A stretch of DNA of 63,048 nucleotides, filler included, from Reticulomyxa filosa (taxonomy: Eukaryota > Protista > Foraminifera), in assembly GCA_000512085.1 (NCBI GenBank). It is 13 parts of 13 records of this genome, joined end to end, with 100 filler letters (N's around TTAATTAATTAA, not from the genome) between each part and the next. Parts side by side here need not be neighbours in the genome. Positions count along the whole stretch, not along the records: positions 33,222 to 46,295 come from ASPP01004811.1; positions 46,396 to 48,786 come from ASPP01024040.1; positions 48,887 to 53,113 come from ASPP01009529.1; 10 more parts are not named here. One strand, given 5' to 3'. The notes beneath the pieces are model-generated. The model was not told the DNA's origin, did not search any database, and saw only the letters and a list, made by a program, of their open reading frames with translations. The position numbers were made by a program, and so were the translations under genes. Shown piece by piece: positions 37,578 through 49,879 of this stretch. Within the stretch, counting starts at the first letter, position 1. Every line of letters starts with the position of its first letter.

Positions 37578-38742
37578 TCACTGTGACTGAAGGATGCCAA
37601 CAATGACGCCAAAGAGACCCAAGGCTGATCCAAAGATTTCAACAATCAAAATTTTGACAAACAAGGACGCTTCCTGAGCATCAGCCAACGCACAACCAGC
37701 TCCTGTTATTCCCACAGATACCCTAAACAAACAAAAACAAAATGGTATGACAAGGAACAGAGCGAAAATTACAGACATAGGATCCAACAAAATAAAAACA
37801 TACCCGCAAAATAAATTGGACAAGCCGACGGTAAGACCAGCAGTGAAAATACCATATCCCTTGCCCATGTCATCACACGTACAATCTATATTCTTTTCAT
37901 TGAATTCACAATCCTTTGGAACACGTGTGAGCATAATAATTGCCATGATCACCCCATAGATTGCCACAGCCTCACAAAACACCACACTAAAGCACACAGA
38001 ATTTTTTTAAAGTTAGCCCCCTTTTTTTAAAATACATTTTTTTGTTGCTTTCAGATGTGTTTCCTCGCCCTTTCCTGTTTTTGCTTTTAAGTATTTACTT
38101 TCTTTCGGTAGTAATCTTAATTTTTTTTTTGTGGTTACAAAGAAGAAACAGTTAAACCAAATCACCTGACAAGATTTTTCGATCTAATTCTCGGAGATTT
38201 TACTGCTGCTCCCAGTAAACTGGATCCTGTCAGAAAGATGCCCCTTTATGATTATTTTTATCATTGTGTGTATATGTATGTTTTATGTTGTTTCTCCCCC
38301 CCTCGTGTCTCATACCCCTTTTTTTTTGCCCCTCTCCTCTCGAATTTATTTTTCTCTTTGGAGACGATTTCGAAAAAGGGGACAAAAAAAATTAAATAAA
38401 TAAATTTTAATACTTACCATGCTGCGCCTAATATTGACAGGCCAATTGCTAATGCTGTTGATATATAAACAAAACAATTTGGCGCTATCTAATCAAAAAA
38501 AAAACTCGAACCAGGGAAAGAGGAAAAAACATATTTTGCGAAAGATAACACTTACCGACGCCCAAATAGCCCCATGCAAAAGGACTTATTTCATAAAATA
38601 AACAGCCCCTAAATACAAACACAAAAATCAACCACAAACAACGCCGTGTTCTTTTCATTTCGATTTTCTAGCTTATGTTGTTTTGAAGTTTCACTAACCA
38701 GGTTTGATAATCAGATGGACACCAATTCAAATTGCATGACAT
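37578..38742 (-). CDS. VMA16: V-type ATPase proteolipid subunit c'' (Vma16/ATP6V0B), multi-exon
   Basis: [12 protein letters not shown]|[26 protein letters not shown]|[17 protein letters not shown]...[34 protein letters not shown]. Confidence 0.93.
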
Positions 38743-39099
38743 TTTCTCTTAATCTTTTGGTCGCAATAAACAAACAACTATTTAAATTAGCGAACGGCGT
38801 TTTTTGTAAAAGAGAAGTTCCCTAAAATGTAGTCCATTATAATTTTTTGCGGCACTTTTCAAGTTTTTATCAATTTAACTCTTTTTTAAAATATGGTTAA
38901 CTATCCCTTTGAAAGCTTATATGTACTAGCTTATAATGTGGCGACAATACCTTCAATTAGAAGCGAATACTCCTGGAAAGTTAATTCACTTTTTTTAATC
39001 TTAAAACAAAAAAACTGAACAGGTTCTGTTCAAAATTGTTTCGTTCACAAAAGGACCATTGTTACAAAAAGGAAAAAAAAGAAAGTAAAAAAAACCAAC

Positions 39100-41589
39100 A
39101 TGCGAAACTTAACTCGAGGCATTCCGCATTTATGGAAGGAAGGATACAAACAATTCAGTGGTTTAGAAGAAGCCATTTTTAAAAATTGTGAAGCAGCCAC
39201 AGATTTGGCGGACGTGGTGCGAACGTCATTTGGCCCCAATGGTCTTTCTAAAATTGTAATCAATCGTTTGGAGAAAGTGTATGCCACAACCGACGCCGCC
39301 ACGATCATAAATGAAGTTAACACCCTCATTTTTTTTTTTGTTGCGTCGCATCGGTTGTAGGGATAAAAAAGTTAATTTGCGAAATAAACTGGTAGCTCGA
39401 AGTTCAACACCCGGCCGCTAAAGTATTGTGTCTAGCTGCTGCAATGCAACAACAGGAGGTCTTTTTAACCACGAAGCATACATACACACAAGCTTTTTTC
39501 ACATATTTTATAAATTTCCATAAAAAAGAAAAGAGGAAAGAAGCGCTTATGTTTTTCCCCTCCCCCCTTGTTAAAGGTGAAAGAAATTTCTGACATTTTT
39601 TTTTACTGTTGTTGAATGTAATGTGTCGATGCTTTTAGATTGGAGATGGTGCCAACTTTGTGGTTGTGTTTGCTGGCGAATTGTTGAAGAATGCATTGGA
39701 ATTGCTTCGAACTGGCTTGCATCCATCTGATCTAGTGAGAGGATATAGCATGGCTGAAAAAAAAGTGGAGCAAATCATTAAAGGTATGTTTCGCAATTAC
39801 TTATTTTTTAAAAAAAAGGGGGGGGGGGGAGAAAAAAAAAGGATTTTATTTTAAAAAAAACCAAGGCCATACAATATGCGTTAATTAAATGTATGTCAAA
39901 TGTAAATTTGTTTATCTTTTTTTTTTTTTTTTGGTAAATTAGACTTGGCAGTGTACGAACTGCAAGCAGACGACATGCAAGATAAAGAAAAGTTAATGTT
40001 GGGAATAAAATCAGCAATTAGCAGCAAACAGCTTGGATTGGAAACTTTTCTGTCGGATTTGGTCGCCACGGCGTGTTTGAATTCCATGCCAAGAAATCCA
40101 AAAGAGTTCATTGTTGACAATGTTCGAGTGGTCAAAATTTTGGGAGACACGGTTCACAAATCTTATGTGGTGAAAGGTATTGTGGTAGAATCAGAACCCG
40201 AATCTGCCACTTGGGAAGCGAACGATTGCCGAGTCGCCATATTCAGCTGTTCTATTGATACTCCTCAAACTGAATCAAAAGGAAATGTGTTATTACACAA
40301 TGCGGAAGAACTTTTGAATTACAATAAAGGCGAGGAAGAAAACATGCACAAAGTTAAATACCTTTCCATCCTTTTTTATTTGTTTATTTTTATTTAGTCA
40401 ATTTCCCGAATTTCCTTTTTTGTTATTTCAAAGTAAAAAGTAGTACATAATTTGATCATTGCTCTTTTTTTTCCCTCAATGAAAAAACAAATACAATTAG
40501 ATAATAAAAGGAATGTACGATTTGGGCGTACGTGTGCTCATATCTGGAGAAAAAATCGGTGAAATGGCCCTACATTTCATTGACAAGTATAAAATGGTTG
40601 CTATGCATGTGACTTCAAAATGGACTTTACGAAGATTGTGTCGCTCTTTGAAGGCCAGACCGTGTGTGCAAATAGTTAAATTTCTTCTTTTTACTTGTTT
40701 TATTGAGTTTATTGACTCTTTATGTTTTCAATGATGTATTTTTTTTTTCCTTTCTTTAAAACAAGACCGGAGTTCGCCACGACGATTTAGGAATTGTTGC
40801 GCAAGTTCGAGTGGAAGAAATTGGATCTAAAACGATGTTTGTTGATAGTTTTATTTATTTCCCCTTGAAAATAAACAAATATATTGATAAACAAACAAAC
40901 GGTATTTTATGGGGGTATTTATTGTTGAACATTAAAAAAGCACGGTGTTGGAACAAGTGAAATCAAAAGAATCCCCAGTATCAACAATCGTAATTCGTGG
41001 TGCCACAAACACAGTGTTACAGGACATTGAAAGAGCAATCGACGATGGTGTGAATATGGTCCGTGCAATGACTCGCAATGGCAAATTTGTTGCTGGTGCC
41101 GGAGCGGTGGAAATTGAAATTGCACGAAGAATTACGAAATATGCAACGGAAATCGAAGGATTGGAACAATATGCCATCCAACAATACGGACACTCATTTG
41201 AGGTTGTTCCACGAACGTTGGCGGAAAACACTGGATTGAACGAAACTGAAATGCTAACCAAATTGTACAAAGCACACGAAGAATCATCATCGGATGCCCA
41301 CAAAATTGGTATTGACATTTCTGATGGAACCGTCAAAGATATGACCAAAGAGGGTGTTATTGACTTAATGGCAACTCGACAAATGGGCATTAAATTGGCA
41401 TCACAAGCGGCCATCACTCTGCTGCGAGTCGATCATGTATGGTTGTTTTCTTTGTCTTTTTTAATACACTATTACACACAAATTTTTATTTTTTTGTGAC
41501 CTATCGTACAGATAATTATGAAGAAACCTTCTGGTGGTCCTAAACCACAAAACCGTGGTCATTGGGATGACAATGATGACAGCTGGTAA
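39100..41589 (+). CDS. CCT8: T-complex protein 1 subunit theta, multi-exon
   Basis: KEGYKQFSGLEEAIFKN, RTSFGPNG, LEVQHPAAK, IGDGANFV, FIVDNVRVVKILG, C-terminal IIMKKPSGGPKP...WDDNDDSW*. Confidence 0.95.
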
Positions 41590-41965
41590 AAAAAATTGCT
41601 ATGATAAGTCATATCGCACGAAAAATGACAAACGTGTTTTTTTTTATTTCTTGATATTTTTGAGTTTAAGTTATTGCACTTTTGAAATTTTCTGAGCATG
41701 TGCTGACTTTTTGCAAGTTTTTCAATACAAACGGGCCAAATGACAAGACAGTCGGTTTTGTTATGATTTAAAGTTTGTTTGACTGAACAAACACTGACTG
41801 CATCAATCTTTATTTCAAGAGTATTGACCAAATGAGAAAATACAAAATTCTGCCATCAATTTTTATATTGTTCGAACAGACCTTGGCAGATGGTTAATTT
41901 CGAAATATCGACAACAACACTTACAAAAAACTCGTGGGTACGTAGAAGATTTTTTCGAACGTACG

Positions 41966-44900
41966 ATGTGCCTATGTTGCTGCACTTGCAGAAATTGTTG
42001 TTGCTCGGAACGTTGTAGTCGATGGTGCATGAAAAATGTCGATTTGAAGCGTTATAGCACGTTTTGGCTGATCGCCACTAGAGGTGCTTCCCGAGCGTTT
42101 GCGTCGTTTGACCTGTTGACAGATTTTTTACTATATCAGTTTTGGAAATATAGTCAAAAAGTAAACTAAAGATGCATGTGATCACATAAACGTACGCACA
42201 ACAAATGCAGGCAAGTTCGAAAAAATGGAGAATTTTGGTTGAGCATAGTGCTATTTTTGAGTATCTGTGCACCGTTCCTGGTAAGCTATTCCAGCGGTGT
42301 AAAATTATTTATGACGAAAGGAACGTTGCAACATGCAGAGGGTTTCCTAGTTATTTTGCCGATCTTATATTTGTTTCCAACGGGAATACTCTATTTTGTG
42401 TTGCTTGATTTTCTGGAAATAATACTGGCAGTGGTGGAAATGGTGGCCATTGTCAGAGGTGAAGATATGAAGCAACTGAAAAAAAGACAAGATTTGTGGG
42501 CCAAGCAATTGGGCATGACACGAATGGACTGGGAAGTTAGCACTCAAAACGACAACAATAATATAAAAAAAAAGTCTTATTTTTTTTTATAACATTTCTT
42601 TTTTTTTTTCCTTCCCTTCTCGGACCTCTTTCATAGGGATTTAAACGGCAGAGAGCAGTTGCACACTTGATGTTGGAGTCAATGTTAAGTAATAAGAAAT
42701 ACATAACAATTTACGTAAAATAATGATTTTTTCCCCTCCATTCGCTCTAATGTGAATCCTTCCTTTTTTTTTTAAATATTCGTATTAAAAAATTTGTGCA
42801 TGTTGCTTGATAATAAGAAAAAAAAAAAAAAAAAAAAAAGGAAGGAGTGTAAACGAATAGCACAAACATATAAATGAATATACACAAATGTAGACCGCAA
42901 GTAATAATTCAGGGACTGATCGTATTTCGCGTTGTAAAATCGAGCTTGACAATAACAAGCCGAGCCTTGTATCTGTCAATATTTTCAGCGCTGACCAATA
43001 TGATTTTTCAATCACTTATTATTGCATTGGAGGCTCATGCTGTGCATGAAGATTGGTTGCAATACATGGTTAACTGTATCATGGCACGAGTCGATTGGAC
43101 CCCTTATTTGTTTTAGTCTTTTGTGCTGTGTTCATATATATATACATATATTCATTATCAAAATATCATTCCTCCATACTTTTGAATGCAATTGCAGACA
43201 TGAAATCGAACAATTGAAAAACTTTTCGGGAGGACACAAGATTAACTACAGCAAAATGGAAATCTGTCCGTTGCTCGGTTCGAATATGGTGTACGACTTT
43301 AGTGAGACATCAATTAAGTTACGTTTCTGTGACTTGTGTTTCGTCTTCAAGGATGAAGACAAGAGTTTATAATAGACCCAAAAAAAAATCTATAAATATA
43401 AATATATATTTATATTTATACTTATATTTATATTTATGTATATATGCACCTATAAACAAAAACAAAAGCAAATTAGCGGCGTCAGTGTTAGTGCTGGAAA
43501 AAAAACCAGAATTGGTAGAAATTCAAATGGGTGAAACGTGCGGACTGGTAAGTATCCACGCGGTCGTACAGTTGATGCAAGCGTGCCAAGACCGCGTGCA
43601 ATTGACGGATATTAGCGATAAATCGTTTCCTTGGCAAAGTTGCATCAATCTTGCGGCTGCAGAAGGTCGTGATATTCGCATCGGCTCGTATGCGTATTTG
43701 TTGAATAGACCGCAGCCTTTGCTTGTCGCTGTGACCAATTCTGGCTTCGACAAAGACGGAAACATTTTTCGATTGTTGTTGCAAAACGGTTGTAGATAAA
43801 TAAATAAATAAATATATGTAAAAAAGCATTTGTATATTTTCTACTCTGCGAAATTCTTCAAACCAAATCTTCATTCTTTTTTTTTTTTTTTTTTTTTTGT
43901 ATATACGTATTCATGTGTATGCGCATGTTGGTCATTAACTAACTTGTATACGTATTTCCATTATATTAAAAAAAAAAAAAGATATCGACGTAAATTTGAT
44001 GGATGAAAAAGGACAATCGGTAGTGTTTCACTTAGTAAAACAAATGAATTACAAGCAATTGAATCAACTGTTTAGCATTTGTAAAAAAAAAAACGACGAG
44101 TGTTTTTGAATGTAACGGATGACTTTGGATTTACTCCACTGTATTATGCGCTGCAACTTCACTCGGAAGAGAAGAAAGCGTTTGACAAAATACGAGTGTT
44201 TTATTCGGATCAGAGGAAATACGACATCATTGATACACGTAACTCGAGTCAGCTGCCCTCGGGTCGTGTTGCCGTGGCAGTGACGGTGTCGTCGCTGTCG
44301 CGGTCCTCTTCGCTCAATAACGTCGTGCAAGTGATTCGCAAGCCGACTGTCAACTTCTGGGTTTATGAAATGTTGCTCGAAAATGGCGCGGACCCCAATT
44401 TCATGTGTCATGAAAAGTCTCCATTGTGTCATGCTTTAGAGATGCGTGAGCAAGAAGTGAAGTGTAGAAATTTGTGTGCGTGTGTGTATAATACAAATTT
44501 TAAAAATAAAAAAAAATTACATCAATCACATCAATTATATTATAACCACATCCAAACAAACAAAGATGCTGGAAATACTAACACGAAATGGTGCAGTATT
44601 AAACAGTCTCGACATATCGGTGTTATGCAAAGCAATGACGGACAAAATGGACCGTCCAAAGATTGAAGAGACGAAAATGCGAAGCAAAGAGCACAGCTCC
44701 GAGAAATGGAAGACGACGAGAGAACTCACGATGATATTCACTGACAACCCCAGAAAAGCTGCAAACTCTGCCCACATGAATGATGGCTCGAATTCTCCAG
44801 AAGTTTCCAAGTCGACAGAACACGAAGTGCAACTAGTGTCGTCAGCAAGTGTAGTAAACCATCATCATCAACAACAACAACAACAACAACAACAACAGCA

Positions 44901-46295
44901 GACACAAACACGCATGGTAGTCACAGACCACAGCAAAGACAAGTTAATCAAGACGTTTACCCCGCCAAAGGGGTCCATCCTTCCTCAAGACAGCTTCGGG
45001 TTGAGAAAGCGGTTGAATGCATCGCAGTTGAGTGAAAAGGAATCAAAGCAGAAAAGCGAGACTGTGCGATCCATTGATAAGTCTTTTCAGTTTACCGCCG
45101 CCGTCAGCGACACTGCGAATCCAAAAGACTCTGATATAGAACCAGAACCAGAGGCAGAAGCAGAAGTAAAAGTAGAAGCAGAAGCAGAAGTAGAAGCAGA
45201 AGTAGAAGCAGAAGCAGAAGCAGAAGCAGAGGATGAAACTGAGACAGGAATAGAATCAGAAACCGAAACAAAAACAGAGACTGAAATTACAATTGAAGAT
45301 CGAAAGAACAAAGAGGAAGAGGAAGAAGAAGAAGAAGAAGAAGAGTATTTGGACAACTTTGTTGAGATACAGCCACAATCGACTCGCATTCATGCCCCAA
45401 TGACTCCATCGCATTGGACATTCAATCCAGAAACAATGAGCCCAATGGTAAGCAGGGAAGAGAAGGAAGAAGGGGAAGAAGAATATAAACAGAATGACAC
45501 GGTGACTTTCAACGACCAGGAAGAACAACAAATAATGCGCACCGTTGGGAATGAAAAGGATACGTCATTCTTCAAAGCGTTCAAACTACTGACGCTGTCA
45601 AGTCACATTATGGACACCGCCATTGTCAACGCCGTCGGCGACAACCCGTTGCACCTGCTGTGTCGGGATCACCACGACGACCGCTACTTAACCAAAAAAC
45701 TCTCTTACTTGCTCGCCTATTGCGAGGAGTGGAAATTCATCAAAAATAAGAATGGCGAAATCCCGCTCCATTATGCCTTGCGCTATCAACACGGAGACAT
45801 GCTCGACTTGTTGTTGCAAACCCAACACAGCCTCGACACGGAAAGTGTGAGGAGACAATTGGTGACTGTATTTGCAGAAGACACTAATGTGAGCTATGTT
45901 TGGAAATGGATTTGCGACGAAGCGCATACCGTCGCCAATTTCAAAGCCAAAGAGAAAATTAACTTCCCTTTTGACTTTAAACAGTCCGTTCATCACATTC
46001 AAACGTTGTGTCAACTCAGTTCCGCCTTGAAATTAGCCGATGGCACCGATTTCTTGACCTATGTTTCTGATTTGTGCCAAGACGATGAAAACGTGCTTCA
46101 GCTGCTGGAAAAGGACTTTGGCTTTACCGTGAAGCGACGAAAACACTACACAAAACCCCAAGTGCGCTTCGCACAAAACCCTGTCAAGCCTAAAAGCACC
46201 AAAGCATTATCACAACATTTAGAACCGCAAACTGGAGCAATGCAAATGAATAACCATGTAACGTTGGAAAACTTTAATGTTACCTTTTTTTTTTT
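41966..46295 (+). CDS. Multi-pass membrane protein with XK-related-like motifs, ankyrin repeats and polyQ/acidic linker (3' truncated)
   Basis: Cys-rich N-terminus, FDLLTDF, hydrophobic exons, spliced LMLESIPQVIIQGL. Ankyrin repeats: DDFGFTPLYYA, MLLENGADPN..SPLCHA, NAVGDNPLHLLC, NKNGEIPLHYA. Confidence 0.7.
45150..45345 (+). repeat. Coding low-complexity repeat (EAEVEAE / poly-E)
   Basis: Tandem GAAGCA/GAAGTA hexamers and GAA triplets. A CAA polyQ tract lies at about 44868-44900. Confidence 0.9.
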
Positions 46296-47180
46296 NNNNN
46301 NNNNNNNNNNNNNNNNNNNNNNNNNNNNNNNNNNNNNNNTTAATTAATTAANNNNNNNNNNNNNNNNNNNNNNNNNNNNNNNNNNNNNNNNNNNNTTATT
46401 CTACGTATGGACGACTTTGCCAAAATGAGAGCGATGCGCATATCTCTTAGTGTGTTTCAAAATTAAAACGTAATTAAATAATTTAAATTAATGATGCATA
46501 TTTCTGTACGTATTGCAGCAAAGTTAATTTTTTTTTTTAAAGAGAAATAAACAGCGAGCCAATACTCTGCAAAAAAGTGGTGATGAACCGAACCCCTAAC
46601 AAAAAATGTCAATAATCTTTCATTTCAAACAACAAAAAAAGAGACTATCATGGTTTGTACTTTGTGCTCGCCATTTTTGTTTCGATCAGGTAAATACTTG
46701 TAATTCTGCCGGTTCAAATTTCTATGACGAAAAGATGTTGAGTTTGTGTTGGCCTAAAACATACAATGTTCAAACGAGATGAAAAATAAGTAAACACAAA
46801 CAACAAAAAACAAATTATAGAAAAAAAAGTAATTGAGCACCAAAAAAAAAAAAAAAAAAAAAAAAATAATTGGCAGAGACATCAAGGCTATGTTTCATTT
46901 GTAGAATCAGGAAAGAAGTTTGGATTTGTAATTCCGGACGCCTTTCCAGAAAAAGAGTGTCATTTTCATTACGAGAGTATTGTTTCTTCTGGACCCCCTT
47001 TTGTAAGGTACTTTTTTTTTTTTTCTATTTCTCAAACATTACATCCACACAAACTACATAAGAAATTTTTGTACACATTCATCCTGTCCATATGCAAGAA
47101 ATTTCTAGAAATTTCTGACCCCTCAAAAAAAAAAAACCAAAACGAAAACCAACCTAACCAATTTTTTTTTGAATAATAAT

Positions 47181-48735
47181 ATGCCACACAAAAGACCCTT
47201 GCAACGTGTGGAATTCAACATAAAAAGGACGAGTGAAAAGTTTGGAGTGGCGACAAACGTGACACTCCCTGGAGCGAAGCCAGTGGAATATAAGCACGAG
47301 AACTTGTCATTGAAGCGCGAGGCACGTACACAGCGTTTGAGTAAATGGAACGTGACAGGGATGGAAAGACATAAGGGTGTGTACATTGGAAAGGAGGAGG
47401 AGGAGGAGGTGGTGGAACAAGAAAAAGGAACAGGAAAGGAGATAGTAGTGACATATGGAATAATCGTGCCCGACAAAGTGGGTTATCAAACGGTAAAGTT
47501 TGACATGCAAGAGTTACAAGCGACGGGTGTGTTGAAATTGAATGAATTTAGCGAAGTGGAATTTTATGTTCGCTCGCAACCGAGCAAACAAATAAACGAA
47601 AAAAAAAGAAGAAGAAGCCTTGGTCCAAAGTCGATAGCGACGAAGAAACAGAAGACTGGGCATATTGCATCACTCGTCCAGGAGGGGGATTGATCACATG
47701 CGAGCAACGCACTAGTGGTGCTCTTCGTCGGAAATTGGGATTAATGTATACACAAGATACAAATATCAATGGCATTGCAACAAAGGCGTTGCTGCCCGAC
47801 CCATATTGCCATCACACACATCGACGCCAAGGCTATGTCCACTTCTACGATTCGAACGTGTTGTTCGGATATATCCTCCCGTTTTCGCCTCCTCAGCAAA
47901 GGATCTTCTTCCACATCGATGATTGTCACATCCTTGGAAAAAGGGCACTTCGTCGATGGACCGCAGTCGAATTTGTTCTCGTCCATGAACACGACACACA
48001 ACGTCTCAGGGCTATACATGTCACCGCACCCAATCAAAATTTGCTTCAGTTCTTTTTATATGTGTATATACATATATATATATATGTACATATATATGTA
48101 TATACATATATATGTATATATATATACATATATATACATATATATATACATATATACATGTTTAAAGATACAATTCTGAAAATTATTATCTGCCACCGGA
48201 AATGACAACGAACGTACTTGACAGTAGAGGCAAAAAAAAGACAGAGCCAGATGCACCGGGGAAAGGAGTACGTATTCGCCATACGGGTGTCGTTGTAGAA
48301 AAGTCAAAGCCAAAATCAAAGTCCAAATCAAAGTCAAATTCGAAGTTGAAGTCGAAGTCGTGCACGTTTTGGATTAAGCCCGACGCGGTCGGGTGCGGCT
48401 TGGTCGTCGGACATGCGAAGGATATCGTCGCAATGAATGAGTGTCGAGTTGCGGTTGGGGATCGCTTGGAATTCGGCGTTACTCCCGCGGATGCGCAGCA
48501 CTCTGCCCGAGCCAAGCAAAGAGCAGTGGTCATTACTGCAGAGGGGGCCAAGCCTCTTTTGTTCGAAACTTCCGGGTCTTATGCAACGTACTTGGCCGCA
48601 CGCTTGCATTTGCCCGCCAAACAGTCTTTGCTGCCGGAAGTTCCTTTGTCGCAGTCTTCGGACACACCTGAAATCTTTCAGGGATGGATTTGTGAATTTA
48701 ATCCGATCACTTCATTTGGAACTATTGAAGTCAAG
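47181..48735 (+). CDS. Multi cold-shock/OB-fold nucleic-acid-binding protein (CSDE1/UNR-like architecture), 3' truncated
   Basis: About four repeats: TYGIIVPD...VKFD...SEVEF; GYVHFYDSNVLFGYILP...IFFHIDD...AVEFVL; TGVVVE...FWIKPD...GDRLEFGV; FQGWICEFNPITSFGTIE. Frameshift at a G-run near 47685. Confidence 0.7.
48055..48160. repeat. Intronic (TA/CA) microsatellite
   Basis: About 100 bp of TATA/CATA/TGTA units. Similar tracts occur in introns near 51290 and 52050. Confidence 0.9.
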
Positions 48736-48886
48736 TTTTCACTTTTTTTTTTTTTTAATATAAAAAAAAAAAAAAAAAAAAAAAAANNNNNNNNNNNNNN
48801 NNNNNNNNNNNNNNNNNNNNNNNNNNNNNNTTAATTAATTAANNNNNNNNNNNNNNNNNNNNNNNNNNNNNNNNNNNNNNNNNNNN

Positions 48887-49560
48887 TATATATAAAGAAT
48901 TCGAAGAAGGTGAACAAATTATTGCACAACTGCCATCGCTGCAACCCTCTAGCGACAGCTATGCTTTGGTAGAATCCATCCCTTCTTTGAAAGGTACTGT
49001 CACGGACGACAAGAAAAGAAGCTTTGATATTGATAAAAGCAAGGCCAAAGAATTTGGACGACAGATTAACCGTGCAGCAAGACGTAAACACGCTACCAAG
49101 TTTAAAAGTAGCGAAAAACCGCCACATGACTGGAAGCCTAAAGAAGGTTGGTTTTTTTTTATTCTCTTTAAACATCCATTTATTATATACATGGATGTGG
49201 TCCGAAAGGGACCTAAAAAATACTTTGGCACATTCACTCATTTTAACTGCGACTGTCATTGGTTAAACAGCAAATGTTAAAAAACGTGAAGAGCGTCGAC
49301 AGAAGAGAGAAGAAAAACGCAAGGAAAAGCAGAAACAAATCAATGAACAGAAAGCCAAAACTGAACAGAAACCTCAAACCACAAATGCTCCCAAAAATAA
49401 AAGGAAAAATAAAACTGAAAAAAAACAAAAGAAAGGCTCTGCACAAGGCACAGCCATCACAGGAGACGACAGCCAATTCAGAGTGCATGACAAAGACACA
49501 GAAAAGAAACAAGGTAAATTCGATGCTCGCAATTTACCTTCGCATATCAAACCAAGAAGA
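48887..49560 (+). CDS. 3' exons of an unidentified lysine-rich protein
   Basis: ORFs 48966-49280 and 49259-49663 have protein-like composition and intron-like T-rich interruptions. No recognised domain. Confidence 0.35.
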
Positions 49561-49879
49561 AGATAGGCTTCTTGTTTTATATATATGCTACACTTGTCCG
49601 TTTTCTTCAGTTTTCTACAGAAATGGTACTTTTGATTTAAAAAAAAATAAACCAAAACATTAACAACAAAAATTCTTTTTTTTTCTCCATATACAATTGG
49701 TCACTGTTGCCAACATTTTGCGTAAGACTTTATTCTTTTCAATTTCCGATTAAAAAACCGCATCGCTCTATAAAGATTTGAAAAGCATATATTTTCACTA
49801 TAGTATTCTTTCAAGCAAATAAAAATATAAATTTCTTCAAGTAAAGTGAAGCAGATTTTCGAACTAAAAAAAAAATATA

